Shown here piece by piece: positions 36,451 to 45,768 of a stretch of 48,762 nucleotides of DNA. How positions within the stretch are numbered: the first letter of the stretch is position 1; each line of letters opens with the position of its first letter. The position numbers and the translations under genes are program-made. The stretch comes from Bacteroidota bacterium (GTDB lineage Bacteria; Bacteroidota; Rhodothermia; Rhodothermales; Rubricoccaceae): NCBI GenBank assembly GCA_039027055.1, contig JBCCLD010000002.1:1-48762 (forward strand), in the 5' to 3' direction. The notes under the pieces are model-generated. The model was not told the origin of the DNA. It worked only from the letters and a program-made list of their open reading frames with translations, and ran no database searches.

Positions 36451-39133
36451 ATGCCTGCCCGCGTTCTCCTCACTATCCTTGCGCTGCTCTCGATGCCCAG
36501 CGCCGCGCAGTCGCCCTCCGAAGCGACCCCAGCCGGCACCTACGTCCTACACGCAACCCGCACCAGCGGGATCGCGGTCGATGGGCGGCTCGACGAGGCC
36601 GCCTGGCACTCCGCCGGGGCCGCGACCGACTTCGTGCAGTTCGCCCCGCAAGCCGGGGTGACCGCGAGCGAACGCACCGAGGCGCGTGTGCTCGTCGGGA
36701 CGACGACACTCTACGTCGGGCTGCGGCTCCACGACGCCCAGCCTAGCGGCATCGACGACCGCCTCGCCCGCCGTGACACGCCGCCCGCCACCGATGCCGC
36801 CTCGGTGCTGCTCGACTCGTACGACGACGACCGCACCGCCTTCCTCTTCCAGGTCACCGCCGCCGGCGTCCAGCGCGACGCGCTCCTCTTCGACGACATC
36901 CGCGAGGACGCCTCGTGGGACGCCGTCTGGGACGTCGCCACCCGCCGCGACGATGCGGGCTGGACGGCCGAGTTCGCCATCCCGCTCGCCCAGCTGCGGT
37001 TTGCTGGCGGGGCGGGGCCGCACACGTGGGGCGTGCAGTTCCGCCGCACGCATTTCCGCACGGGCGAGGTCGCCTACTGGGCGCCGCAGCTGCCAAGCAC
37101 CTTCGGCGTCGTGAGCCGCTTCGGGTCGCTGACGATCCCCGGTTCGCTCCGCGCGCCGCGCGCCGTCGAGGTGCAGCCCTACGTGGCGAGCGCACTCACC
37201 CGCGCGCCGGGCGACACGGCCGACCCCTTCTACCAAGCCAACGACCTCGCCCCCAACGTCGGCGTCGACTTCAAGGTGGGACTGACGAGCGACCTCCGGC
37301 TCACGGGCACCGTCAACCCCGACTTTGGGCAGGTCGAGGCCGACCCGGCGCAGATCAACCTCACCGCCTACGAGCTGTTCTTCCCCGAGCAACGGCCGTT
37401 TTTTATTGAGGGGGTAGACATCTTCAACTACGGGCGCACGCGGTCGTACTTCAACAACAACCGGCCGCTCTTCCTCTACACCCGCCGCATCGGGCGCGGG
37501 CCGCAGCGCGCGGCGTTCGTGCCCGGCGCCGCCTACGACGCCGCAGGCGCGACGGGAACGATCTACACCGACGCGCCCGCCCAGACGACCATCCTCGGCG
37601 CGGCGAAGATGACCGGGCGTGTCGGCCCGTTCACAGTCGGCGTGCTCGATGCCGTGACCGCGCCCGAGTACGGCCGCTTCGCCGTGCGCGGCGGCGATGT
37701 ACGCATGGACGACCGGGCGCGCATCGAGCCGGCGTCGAACTACCTCGTGGCGCGCGGACGCGGGCGCTTCGGCGCGGCGCAGGTCGGCGGGCTGCTCACC
37801 GCAGTAAACCGCAGCGTAGAGAACGGGGCTGGCGACGACGCGCTGGCGGCGTTGCTACCGAGCCACGAGTACGTCGTCGGCCTCGACGCCGAGTATGCGC
37901 TCTCCGACGCCTGGATCGTGAGCGGGCTGGGCGCGGCGAGCCACGTCGGCGGCAGCGCGGACGCGATCCTCGGCCTCCAGACGGCGTTCCGGCGGCTCTA
38001 CCAGCGGCCCGACGCCGACCACCTCGCCGTGGACTCGGCGCGGACGACGCTCACGGGCACAACCGCCGAGGTGGCCATCGCCAAGGTGAGCGGCACGCAC
38101 TGGCGCGGCTCGCTCAGCGCGGCCTACACCTCGCCCGGCTTCGAGTCCAACGCGCTCGGCTTCCAGACGCGCGCCGACCAGAACTACGTCGGCCTCTCGG
38201 TCTTCTACGACGAGCCCGAGGCGCAGGGCTGGCTGCGGCGCTGGACGGCCAACGTGTTCGGCTCGCTCGGCTACAGCATGGGCTGGGACCGCACGCACTC
38301 GTTTGTGGGCTGGAACCTGAGTGGGGAGTTTGCCACCCTGTGGAGCGCGCGGCTAAGCGGCTTTGCCAACCTGCGCACCGTCAACGACCGCATCACGCGT
38401 GGCGGGCCGCTCTGGACCGACCCCCTCGGCGCGCAGGCGAGCCTCTCGGTAACGTCGGACCCACGGAAGGCGGTCGGCGGGACGGGCTACGTCCACGGCG
38501 GCGGCGACGAGATCGGCGGCGGCTTCTACGGGGGCGGCGTGACGATGAGCGCCCGCCCAGCACCCGGCGTCGTGTTCTCGCTCGGCCCCGACGTGACGCG
38601 CACCGTCTCGCCCTACCAGTACGTCACCGCCTTCGACGACCCCGCCGCGAGCGCGACGTTTGGGCGGCGCACCGTCTTCGGGCGCATCGACCGGCTCGAC
38701 TTCGCGCTCGTCTCCCGCCTCGACTGGACGTTCTCGCCCACCGTCTCTCTGCAACTCTACCTCCGCCCGCTCGTCTCGACGGGGCGCTACACCGACTTTC
38801 GCGCGTTCACCGAGCCCGGCGTGATGGCCCTACGGCACCGACCTGGGCACGGCGCAGGACAACGCCGACGGCTCCGTCACCATCGACCCCGGCGACGGCG
38901 GCGCAGCGTTCGAGATCGCCGACCGCGACTTTACCTTCCGCGCGCTCCAGGGCAACGCCGTCCTCCGCTGGGAATACCGCCCCGGCTCGACGCTCTTCGC
39001 CGTCTGGCAGCAGCAGCGCTCGGACACCCTCGTGCAGGACGGGCGGCTCCGCGGCCGCGACCTCTCGGCGCTCTTCACAGACCCCGGAACGAACGTCTTC
39101 CTCGTCAAACTCAGGTACTGGCTCGCGCGATGA
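36451..39133 (+). pseudogene. CBM9-like/DUF5916 outer-membrane protein gene, apparently frameshifted near 38827-38830
   Basis: Signal peptide MPARVLLTILALLSMPSAAQ. The CBM9-like N-terminus is DGRLDEAAWHSAGAATDFVQFAPQAG...LYVGLRLHD. The family-typical C-terminus (FRALQGNAVLRWEYRPGSTLFAVWQQQR...VFLVKLRYWLAR*) is in the +1 frame from 38831 and stops at 39131-39133. That frame has a TGA at 38822-38824, so the switch must lie within 38825-38830. Confidence 0.65.
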
Positions 39134-40644
39134 CCGGACGCACAGACGCCCCCCTGATCGACCTCGTCGCCGCGTTGACTGCGCCTGCGACAGGCGATGC
39201 CTCGGGCACGCCGCTCTACCATCGGCTGCGGGATCACCTGCGTGGGCTCATCCTGCGCGAGCACCTCAGCGCGGGGGCCCGGCTCCCGGCGTCGCGCGTG
39301 CTCGCCCGCGACCTCGGCGTGTCGCGCACGACCGTCGAGCTGGCCTACGACGAACTCGTCGCCGAGGGCTTCGTGGTGCGGCGGCGCGGCGCGGGGACGT
39401 TCGTGGTGGACCTGCTCCCGACACGACCGGCTCCACTCGCGCCACCGGACCCGAGCACAGCGACACCGCCGACCCCGTCGCTGTCGAACCTTGGCCAACG
39501 GCTTGGCGCACTCGACCGCTATCGCGACGCGCCGGGGACGCCCGTCGGCTTCGCGCCGTGCCTACCGAACGAGGACGTGTTCCCACTCGCGGCGTGGAAC
39601 CGGCTCGTGACAGAGGTGCTGCACGAGCGCGGGCGCGACCTCCAGCGCTCGCCGCCGCTCCTCGGCGACCTTGGGCTGCGGACGGCCCTCGCCGACCACC
39701 TCGCGCGGACCCGCCGCGTCCAGTGCACGCCCGCGCAGTTGCTCATCGTGACGAGCACCCAGCAGGCGCTGTCGCTGCTCGCCCGTGTCCTCCTCGACCC
39801 CGGCGACGCGGTCTGGGTCGAGGACCCCGGCTACCTCGGGGCGCGGGCTGCGTTTGGAGGAGCGCGGCTCGTGCCCGTGCCGGTGGACAACGACGGCGTT
39901 GACGTGCAGGCGGGCCTCGACACGGCTCCGGACGCCCGGCTGGCGTACGTGACGCCCTCCCACCAGTACCCCACCGGCGTGACCCTCTCCGCCGAGCGCC
40001 GCACGGCGCTGCTCGCCTGGGCGTCGCAGACGGGCGCGTGGATCGTCGAGGACGACTACGACAGCGAGTTTCGGCACGTCGGGCGACCGCTCGCGCCGCT
40101 CCAGAGCTTCGACCGCGCCGGGCGCGTGATCTACGTCGGCACGTTCAACAAGGTGCTCTTTCCGGGGCTGCGGCTCGGCTATGTGGTGCTCCCGGCGTCG
40201 CTCGTGGAGGTCGTAGAGCGCGCGGTTGAGGCGTTCGGCGGCCAGCCCTCGGCGCTCGCGCAGGCGGCCACGGCGGCGTTTGTCGGGCGCGGGCACTTCG
40301 CTGCGCACCTGCGCCGGACGCGGGAGGTCTACCGCCAGCGCCGCAGCGCGCTCCTCGACGCCGCAGGCGACGGCCTCGATGCCCTCGTGACGCTCGGGCC
40401 CTCCGACACAGGCCTCCACGTCTGCGCCCGGCTTCCGTCGACGGCCGACGACCTCGCTGTGTCCGCGCGCGCGGCCGAGGTGGGGCTGCACGTCCCGTCG
40501 CTGTCGCCGTGCTACCTCGGCGTACCCGCTCAGCCGGGCCTCGTCCTCGGCTACGCCGGCGTCGATGAGCGGGCCCTGCGCCGTAGCGTGGCCCAACTGA
40601 CCGCGCTGCTGCGCGCCTCCTCCTCCCCCCCCGCGATGCCATGA
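39130..40644 (+). CDS. MocR/PdxR-type regulator (GntR HTH fused to a PLP-dependent aminotransferase-like domain)
   Basis: PLYHRLRDHLRGLILREHLSAGARLPASRVLARDLGVSRTTVELAYDELVAEGFVVRRRGAGTFV is the GntR wHTH. YVGTFNKVLFPGLRLGYVV is the PLP-Lys motif. The ATG overlaps the upstream TGA (ATGA). Confidence 0.9.
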   Translation: MTGRTDAPLIDLVAALTAPATGDASGTPLYHRLRDHLRGLILREHLSAGARLPASRVLARDLGVSRTTVELAYDELVAEGFVVRRRGAGTFVVDLLPTRPAPLAPPDPSTATPPTPSLSNLGQRLGALDRYRDAPGTPVGFAPCLPNEDVFPLAAWNRLVTEVLHERGRDLQRSPPLLGDLGLRTALADHLARTRRVQCTPAQLLIVTSTQQALSLLARVLLDPGDAVWVEDPGYLGARAAFGGARLVPVPVDNDGVDVQAGLDTAPDARLAYVTPSHQYPTGVTLSAERRTALLAWASQTGAWIVEDDYDSEFRHVGRPLAPLQSFDRAGRVIYVGTFNKVLFPGLRLGYVVLPASLVEVVERAVEAFGGQPSALAQAATAAFVGRGHFAAHLRRTREVYRQRRSALLDAAGDGLDALVTLGPSDTGLHVCARLPSTADDLAVSARAAEVGLHVPSLSPCYLGVPAQPGLVLGYAGVDERALRRSVAQLTALLRASSSPPAMP

Positions 40645-41171
40645 CCGATGTGGTCCTTCGTCCCGTCCGCCGCGCCGACCTCGACGCCCTGGTGGTGCTC
40701 TGCGCCGAGCACGCCGCCTACGAGGGGAGCGCCTACGATTCGACGGGCAAGGCGCAGCGCCTCGGCGCGTTGCTCTTCGGCGAGGTGCCCGCCGTGTTCG
40801 GCTTCGTCGCGGCGCAGGCCGACCGCCTCGTCGGGTTTGCTACGTGGATGCCGCAGCTCTCGACGTGGGACGCCGCGCGCTACGCCCACCTCGACTGCCT
40901 CTACCTCCGTCCCGAAGCGCGGGGTCGCGGCCTCGGCCGCCGTCTGATGGCGCGCGTCGCCCAGGCGGCATGTGCAGCCGGATGCGACCGGATGGAGTGG
41001 CAGACGCCCACGTCCAACGCGCCCGCGATCCGGTTCTACGAGCGCCTCGGCGCGACCTCGAAAGCCAAGCGTCGCTTCTACCTCGACGGCGAGGCCTGGC
41101 ACCACCTCCGGGCGGCTCCCTCCCACCCCGACGACGCGATCCCCGACAACGCCCTGCTTCCCAACGCCTGA
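40641..41171 (+). CDS. GNAT family N-acetyltransferase
   Basis: LYLRPEARGRGLGRRLMARVAQAA...RFYERLGA (motif A, Q/RxxGxG/A). It has an ATGA overlap with the mocR-like gene. Confidence 0.85.
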   Translation: MTDVVLRPVRRADLDALVVLCAEHAAYEGSAYDSTGKAQRLGALLFGEVPAVFGFVAAQADRLVGFATWMPQLSTWDAARYAHLDCLYLRPEARGRGLGRRLMARVAQAACAAGCDRMEWQTPTSNAPAIRFYERLGATSKAKRRFYLDGEAWHHLRAAPSHPDDAIPDNALLPNA

Positions 41172-41174
41172 CCG

Positions 41175-41390
41175 ATGCTCCAACTCCGTCCTGCCTGCGA
41201 GCGCTGCGGCGCGGCGCTCCCCCCCGACTCCCCCGACGCCCGCATCTGCTCGTTCGAGTGCACCTTCTGCGCCGCGTGCGTGGACGGCCCCTTCGCCGGC
41301 GTCTGTCCCAACTGCGGCGGCGGCTTCGTCCCGCGGCCGATCCGCCCGGCGCACCTCCTCGAAAAGTACCCGCCTCTTTCGCCTTCCTGA
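41175..41390 (+). CDS. DUF1272 domain-containing protein (Cys-rich)
   Basis: MLQLRPACERCGAALPPDSPDARICSFECTFCAACV...GVCPNCGGGFVPRPIRP is the canonical DUF1272 sequence. Confidence 0.85.
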   Translation: MLQLRPACERCGAALPPDSPDARICSFECTFCAACVDGPFAGVCPNCGGGFVPRPIRPAHLLEKYPPLSPS

Positions 41391-41394
41391 CACC

Positions 41395-41931
41395 ATGACG
41401 CCCCTCACCCTCCCCGGCGACAGCGATGCAGCTACGGTCACCCGCTACCGCAACGCGCTTCTTACGATGCTCGGCGACGCCGACCCGCTCGACGTGCTTC
41501 GCGCGATGCCGTCGTGGTGCGCAAACGTCCTCAGCGACACTGCGGCGGAGCGGCTGCGCGTGCCGGAAGCGCTGGGGCGCTGGTCTGTGGCCAGCGTGCT
41601 GCACCACCTTGCCGACTCCGAGGTGATGTGGAGCGTCCGCCTCCGCCGCACCCTCGCCGAGGAGCGGCCCGCGCTGGCCGGGTACGACCAGGACCTCTGG
41701 GCAGCGCGCCTCCGCTACGGGGCCCGTCCCCCCGGTCCCTCGGTGGAAGCCTTCGGGGCGATGCGCGTCGTCAACCTGATCCTCGTCAAGCAGGCGACCG
41801 AGTCAGAGTGGCAGCGGGTGGGCCTGCACGGCGAGCGCGGCGAGGAGTCCGTCGCCGACATGGTGCGGCTCTACGCCGGGCACGACCTCGCCCACCGCGC
41901 GCAGATCGAGCGCATCCTAGCCACGGCGTAG
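41395..41931 (+). CDS. DinB-family (DinB_2) protein
   Basis: WSVASVLHHLADSEVMWSVRLRRTL...YAGHDLAHRAQIERIL shows the His-triad four-helix-bundle pattern. The start was trimmed to ATG 41395. Confidence 0.8.
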   Translation: MTPLTLPGDSDAATVTRYRNALLTMLGDADPLDVLRAMPSWCANVLSDTAAERLRVPEALGRWSVASVLHHLADSEVMWSVRLRRTLAEERPALAGYDQDLWAARLRYGARPPGPSVEAFGAMRVVNLILVKQATESEWQRVGLHGERGEESVADMVRLYAGHDLAHRAQIERILATA

Positions 41932-41932
41932 C

Positions 41933-42835
41933 TCAGAGCCGCTTCCCGGCGATGCGCAGCGTGACCGTTGGCGTCAGGCCGAGCCGACGCCGCGCTAGGT
42001 TGACCATCACCCGGTTGCTGGCCTCGACCGCAAACAGGCCGCGCCCGTCCGGCGAGTGCCGCGCATGGCGCTCGATGGCGGTACGCAGCAGCACGAGCGC
42101 AAGCGGCGTGCGGACGAAGTCGCGGCGAACCCACAGCGTGGTGTACTGCCGAACGCCGGCCTCGCCGACCTCGTGCAGCAGCATCCACCCGACGACCTCG
42201 CCCCGGTAGCGCGCGCCGACGCTACACGCTACGTCGAGGCGGTCGGGCTGCTGGAACGGCGAGAGTTGCGTCGGGATCGTGCGTCCTAACTCTTGCGCGA
42301 GGGCGAGGTGCTCGGCGTCGGTCAGCGTCGCCCAGTCGAAAACCGTGCAGCCGTCGGGCAAGGCGAGGCCCTGGAACGCGGGCGTATCGAGGACGGCGGC
42401 AGTGCCGCGGAAGAGGTACTGCGCCGGGCGGGGCGGGTCCCAGCCGCGCTTGGCGAGGATCGTCTCAACCGCGACGAGGCTGCGGAGGTCGGTCCGGTAG
42501 ACCGCCTGCACCGCTGGGCATCCAGCTTCCGTCAAGCGCGCCTCGATGCGCTCCAGGAGGGCCGACGCCACCCCCTGCTGCCGATGGACGGGCGCAGTAG
42601 CGAGGGAGTAGACCTGCGCGAGCGCGTCCGGGCGCACGGCGGCGAGCGCCATCGCCACCACGTGCTCGCCCGCGACGGCCTGCTCGGCGTGGTAGCGCTG
42701 CGCTCGCAGGGCAGGCACGCGTTCGAGCCGCCGCCGCCAGCGATCCTGGACGGGCAGCGCGGGGTCGGCGAGCACCTCCGCGCCGGTCAGCGCGACCGAC
42801 GCGAAGGGGACTCGTTCCGTCTGAGCCTCACTCAC
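41933..42835 (-). CDS. GNAT family N-acetyltransferase (two-lobed)
   Basis: VYSLATAPVHRQQGVASALLERIEARLTEAG is motif A. The GTG start overlaps the stop of the upstream FG-GAP gene (GTGA). Confidence 0.7.
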   Translation of the reverse strand: MSEAQTERVPFASVALTGAEVLADPALPVQDRWRRRLERVPALRAQRYHAEQAVAGEHVVAMALAAVRPDALAQVYSLATAPVHRQQGVASALLERIEARLTEAGCPAVQAVYRTDLRSLVAVETILAKRGWDPPRPAQYLFRGTAAVLDTPAFQGLALPDGCTVFDWATLTDAEHLALAQELGRTIPTQLSPFQQPDRLDVACSVGARYRGEVVGWMLLHEVGEAGVRQYTTLWVRRDFVRTPLALVLLRTAIERHARHSPDGRGLFAVEASNRVMVNLARRRLGLTPTVTLRIAGKRL

Positions 42836-44382
42836 TCAGGAAGCACCGTCAGCCGCTGCACGTCGGCGAATTGCTCGCCCAGCACCCGCACGAAGTACAC
42901 CCCCGCGCTCAGGCCCTGACCGATCTCCACGCGCTCGGCGATGCCCGCCTCCACGCGCCCGCTGAACGCCTCCGTCACGTGACGGCCCGCGGCGTCGTAC
43001 ACCCGCACGCGCACCTCCTGCGCCTCGGCAACACGCAGCGTGAACTGCGCCCCCGCTGCCGTCGGGTTCGGATACACCTCGCCCAGTTCGTGCGTGCCCG
43101 CGAGCCCTGTGCGCACCTCGGCGCTCGGCCCGTAGGCGCTGCGGCCGTCGGCCTCCACGCGGCGCAGGCGCACCTCCGTGGTGCCTCCCCAAACGGCATC
43201 GCCGAGGGGACCGGTGTGGAAGCGCACGGCCTCGCCGTCTTTCGCGGAGACGGTGCCGAGCAGGTCGAACGCGCCGGCCGAGCCGAGGAGACGATGGACC
43301 TCGTAGGTGGCGTCGGGGCCGGAGTGGGCCCAGGCGAGCAGCGCGCCGTCTCCGTCGCGAGTGGCGGCCGGAAGCGGCACGGAGACCGCCTCCAAGCTTG
43401 CCTTGCCTGCACGGACGCCTACGATTGTGACGTTCTCGAAGTAGCGCACCCCGTTGCCATCAGAGCCAAAGGCAAGGTCGAGGTCGCCATCGGCGTCGAG
43501 GTCCACGAGCGCAGGGGTGAGCCCGTCGGTGCCCGTCACGCTCCCGAAGGGATCGCGGTCGATCGGAAGCAACACAAAACGGGGGGCCGTCGGCGTGCCC
43601 ACGTTCCGGTAGGTCCGGAGCGTCCGCTGGAACGAGTCGCTGATGCCCGCGACGAGGTCGAGGTCGCCGTCGCCATCGCCGTCGCCAAACGTGAAGCCGT
43701 TCACCGACCCGATCTCATCGAAGGGGTTAGCCTCACCAAACCGCTGCGCAAAGAGTGGCGCCTCCGGTGTGCCGACGTTCTCGAAGTAGGTGGGCACCCC
43801 GGTCGTACCGAAGGAAGTGCGCGCACCGGTCGGACCGATGAGGTCGAGGTCCCCGTCATCATCCAGGTCGGCGAAGACGGTGTCGTCCAGTAGGTCGTTA
43901 AAGTCACTGAACGGATTGCCGGCTCCGAACCGCTCCTCGACACGCAGCTTGGTCGGGGTGCCGACGTTCTCGAAGTAGCGCACGATCCCGTCGAAGGTGG
44001 TCAGCACGACGTCGAGGTCGCCATCGTCGTCGAGGTCGGCGAAGGACGGCAAAACGACGTCGTTGATGTCCAGACCGAAGGGCTCAAAGAAGCTCGGGTC
44101 CACTCGCTTGACGAAGGCCGGGTCGGTCGGCGTGCCCACGTTCTGGTAGACCGTGAACGAGCCGTACTTATCGCTGAAGATGAAGTCGAAGTCGCCATCG
44201 CCGTCGTAGTCGGCGAATTTGACGGCGGAGTCCGGGTTGGACTCCAGGGCCTCGATGCCGTCGAACGGCGAGGGGTCTGGTTCGACGAAGGCAACCTGGG
44301 CGTCGGCATCCGGCGCGGCAACGACGGCGGCCGCGCCGAGCGCGAGGGTGCCAAGGGCCTTGGGAGTACGTAGGCGTGCCAT
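42832..44382 (-). CDS. FG-GAP/VCBS repeat protein with a T9SS C-terminal sorting domain
   Basis: Signal peptide MARLRTPKALGTLALGAAAVVAAPDADAQ. It has repeated FADYDGDGDFDF, FADLDDDGDLDVV, FADLDDDGDLDLI, GDGDGDGDLDLV and LVDLDADGDLDLA units, each followed by YFENVGT or YRNVGT. CTD: EVYPNPTAAGAQFTLRV...VRVYDAAGRHV...GVYFVRVLGEQFADVQRLTVLPE. The start was trimmed to ATG 44382. Confidence 0.9.
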   Translation of the reverse strand: MARLRTPKALGTLALGAAAVVAAPDADAQVAFVEPDPSPFDGIEALESNPDSAVKFADYDGDGDFDFIFSDKYGSFTVYQNVGTPTDPAFVKRVDPSFFEPFGLDINDVVLPSFADLDDDGDLDVVLTTFDGIVRYFENVGTPTKLRVEERFGAGNPFSDFNDLLDDTVFADLDDDGDLDLIGPTGARTSFGTTGVPTYFENVGTPEAPLFAQRFGEANPFDEIGSVNGFTFGDGDGDGDLDLVAGISDSFQRTLRTYRNVGTPTAPRFVLLPIDRDPFGSVTGTDGLTPALVDLDADGDLDLAFGSDGNGVRYFENVTIVGVRAGKASLEAVSVPLPAATRDGDGALLAWAHSGPDATYEVHRLLGSAGAFDLLGTVSAKDGEAVRFHTGPLGDAVWGGTTEVRLRRVEADGRSAYGPSAEVRTGLAGTHELGEVYPNPTAAGAQFTLRVAEAQEVRVRVYDAAGRHVTEAFSGRVEAGIAERVEIGQGLSAGVYFVRVLGEQFADVQRLTVLPE

Positions 44383-44638
44383 GGGTGCGAGCAGGGTTGA
44401 GCGTTGAGAGCATGAGCGCCGCCGTCGCCCCTCCTGCGACTCAGCGCCGTCGGCGTTGCGGCAAAAGCAGCATGCCGAACGGCTTAGAGGCATAGTAGGG
44501 CCGTCTCCTGCATATCTCCTAACCCGTCCGGCGCAGCACACCTCGGCGCGAGAACGCTGGTGCACGTAGCCTGAGCGACTCGCACACGTAGGCTGAAGGA
44601 AGCGGCTTCCCGCCTCGCCGCTGAGCTCTCGCCGTGGC

Positions 44639-45070
44639 CTACTCCGCCACCATGGCATCCTCGAACAACCCCTTGGCCAAGGCCTGCGCCTCGTCGGCGC
44701 GCGCCCGGATGCGGCGGCACATCCGCAGCGCCGTCGGGTAGGACACGCCAATCTCCTGCTCAATCTGCTTGGCGGTCGGGGTCTCAGATAGACGGGCGAA
44801 GAGGTAGAGCACGTAGAACCAGTCGGGCAGCGGCACCCGCGAGCGCTCGAACATCGTCCCGGCGGTGGGACGTACCTGGGTGCCGCACGTCTGGCACGAG
44901 TAGCACCGCCGCGTGGCGATGAGGTGGTGGCGGGTCGGGACGCCGCACTTCTTGCACGGGATCGCCCCGCCGTGCGCTTCCATCGGCCAGCGCACCTCCT
45001 TGAGCGCGGCGATGCAGGCGGCGTCGGTGCCGTAGCGGGCGAAGAACTGGGCGAGGGTGAGCAGGGCCAT
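44639..45070 (-). CDS. IS1595-family transposase N-terminal region only (zinc ribbon plus HTH; no DDE domain)
   Basis: FFARYGTDAACIAALKEVRWPMEAHGGAIPCKKCG...YSCQTCGTQVRPTAGTMFERSRVPLPDWFYVLYLF...GVSYPTALRMCRRIR matches the Zn_Tnp_IS1595 N-terminal pattern. The ORF ends after 143 aa and no ISXO2-like DDE domain or terminal repeats were seen. Confidence 0.7.
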   Translation of the reverse strand: MALLTLAQFFARYGTDAACIAALKEVRWPMEAHGGAIPCKKCGVPTRHHLIATRRCYSCQTCGTQVRPTAGTMFERSRVPLPDWFYVLYLFARLSETPTAKQIEQEIGVSYPTALRMCRRIRARADEAQALAKGLFEDAMVAE

Positions 45071-45380
45071 GCGGCGCCTCCATCAAGAAGGGGGTGAGTG
45101 GGGGAGACAGGGCGCGGCGTCTCTACGCCAGACCCTACACGCTGCCGATGCGCGCAGACACAGCCGCGCACGACGACTACGTGCGGGATCGTATCTGAAA
45201 GCACCCGTTCCATCCTGGAGACATTCCCCAGCCTGAGTGCGGGCCCGTCGTCGTGCCGTGCCTTCCTCAACGGCCGCGCCAAGCACGCTGCACGTAGGAA
45301 TGACCGGCCTCATCCCCTCCACTCTGTGCGCCACCGCACAGCAAGCGCGCGCTAGCCCCTCTCTATCTCAGCGTTTCCCC

Positions 45381-45755
45381 ATGCGCCTCGTCCTTGTCTA
45401 CAACGCCGACAGCGGCCTCTTCAACGCCGCCACCGACACGGTCCACAAGCTCCTCTCGCCGGGCACCTATGAGTGCCGCCTCTGCCAGTTCACCTACGGC
45501 GCGTTCACCATGCGCCGCGCCTGGCGCGACTACCTCGACCGCCTCGGCCTCCCGCTCGTCTTCCTCCACCGCAACGAGTTTACCCACGCCTACCCCACGC
45601 TCGCCGACCTCCGGCTGCCCGTCATCCTCACCGACGACGGCCCCGACGAGGCCGCGCCGTCCGTGCTGCTCGACGCGGCGGCCATCGATACCTGCACCGA
45701 CCTCGATACGCTTATCGCCGCGACAGACGCGGCCCTGGTAGCGCGCTCAGAGTAG
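45381..45755 (+). CDS. conserved hypothetical protein with a CxxC motif
   Basis: MRLVLVYNADSGLFNAATDTVHKLLSPGTYECRLCQFTYGAFTMRRAWRDYLDRLGLPLVFLHRNEF. I believe this pattern is common in Bacteroidota, but I cannot name the family. The start was trimmed to ATG 45381. Confidence 0.6.
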   Translation: MRLVLVYNADSGLFNAATDTVHKLLSPGTYECRLCQFTYGAFTMRRAWRDYLDRLGLPLVFLHRNEFTHAYPTLADLRLPVILTDDGPDEAAPSVLLDAAAIDTCTDLDTLIAATDAALVARSE

Positions 45756-45768
45756 CAGCGCGCTTTCC

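Noticed and set aside
36298-40644. 1448-aa ORF that looks like a giant fusion of an outer-membrane protein with a MocR regulator
   Set aside because: It is a read-through artefact of stop-poor GC-rich DNA. The DUF5916 gene changes frame near 38827 and ends at 39133. The mocR-like gene has its own ATG at 39130 (ATGA overlap). The segment between them (RHRPGHGAGQRRRLRHH...) is Arg-rich nonsense.
42832-45282. 816-aa ORF extending the FG-GAP protein upstream across the IS1595-like gene
   Set aside because: The N-terminal 300 residues are Arg/Pro-rich and overlap a better-supported gene (44639..45070) in another frame. A proper signal peptide begins at ATG 44382.
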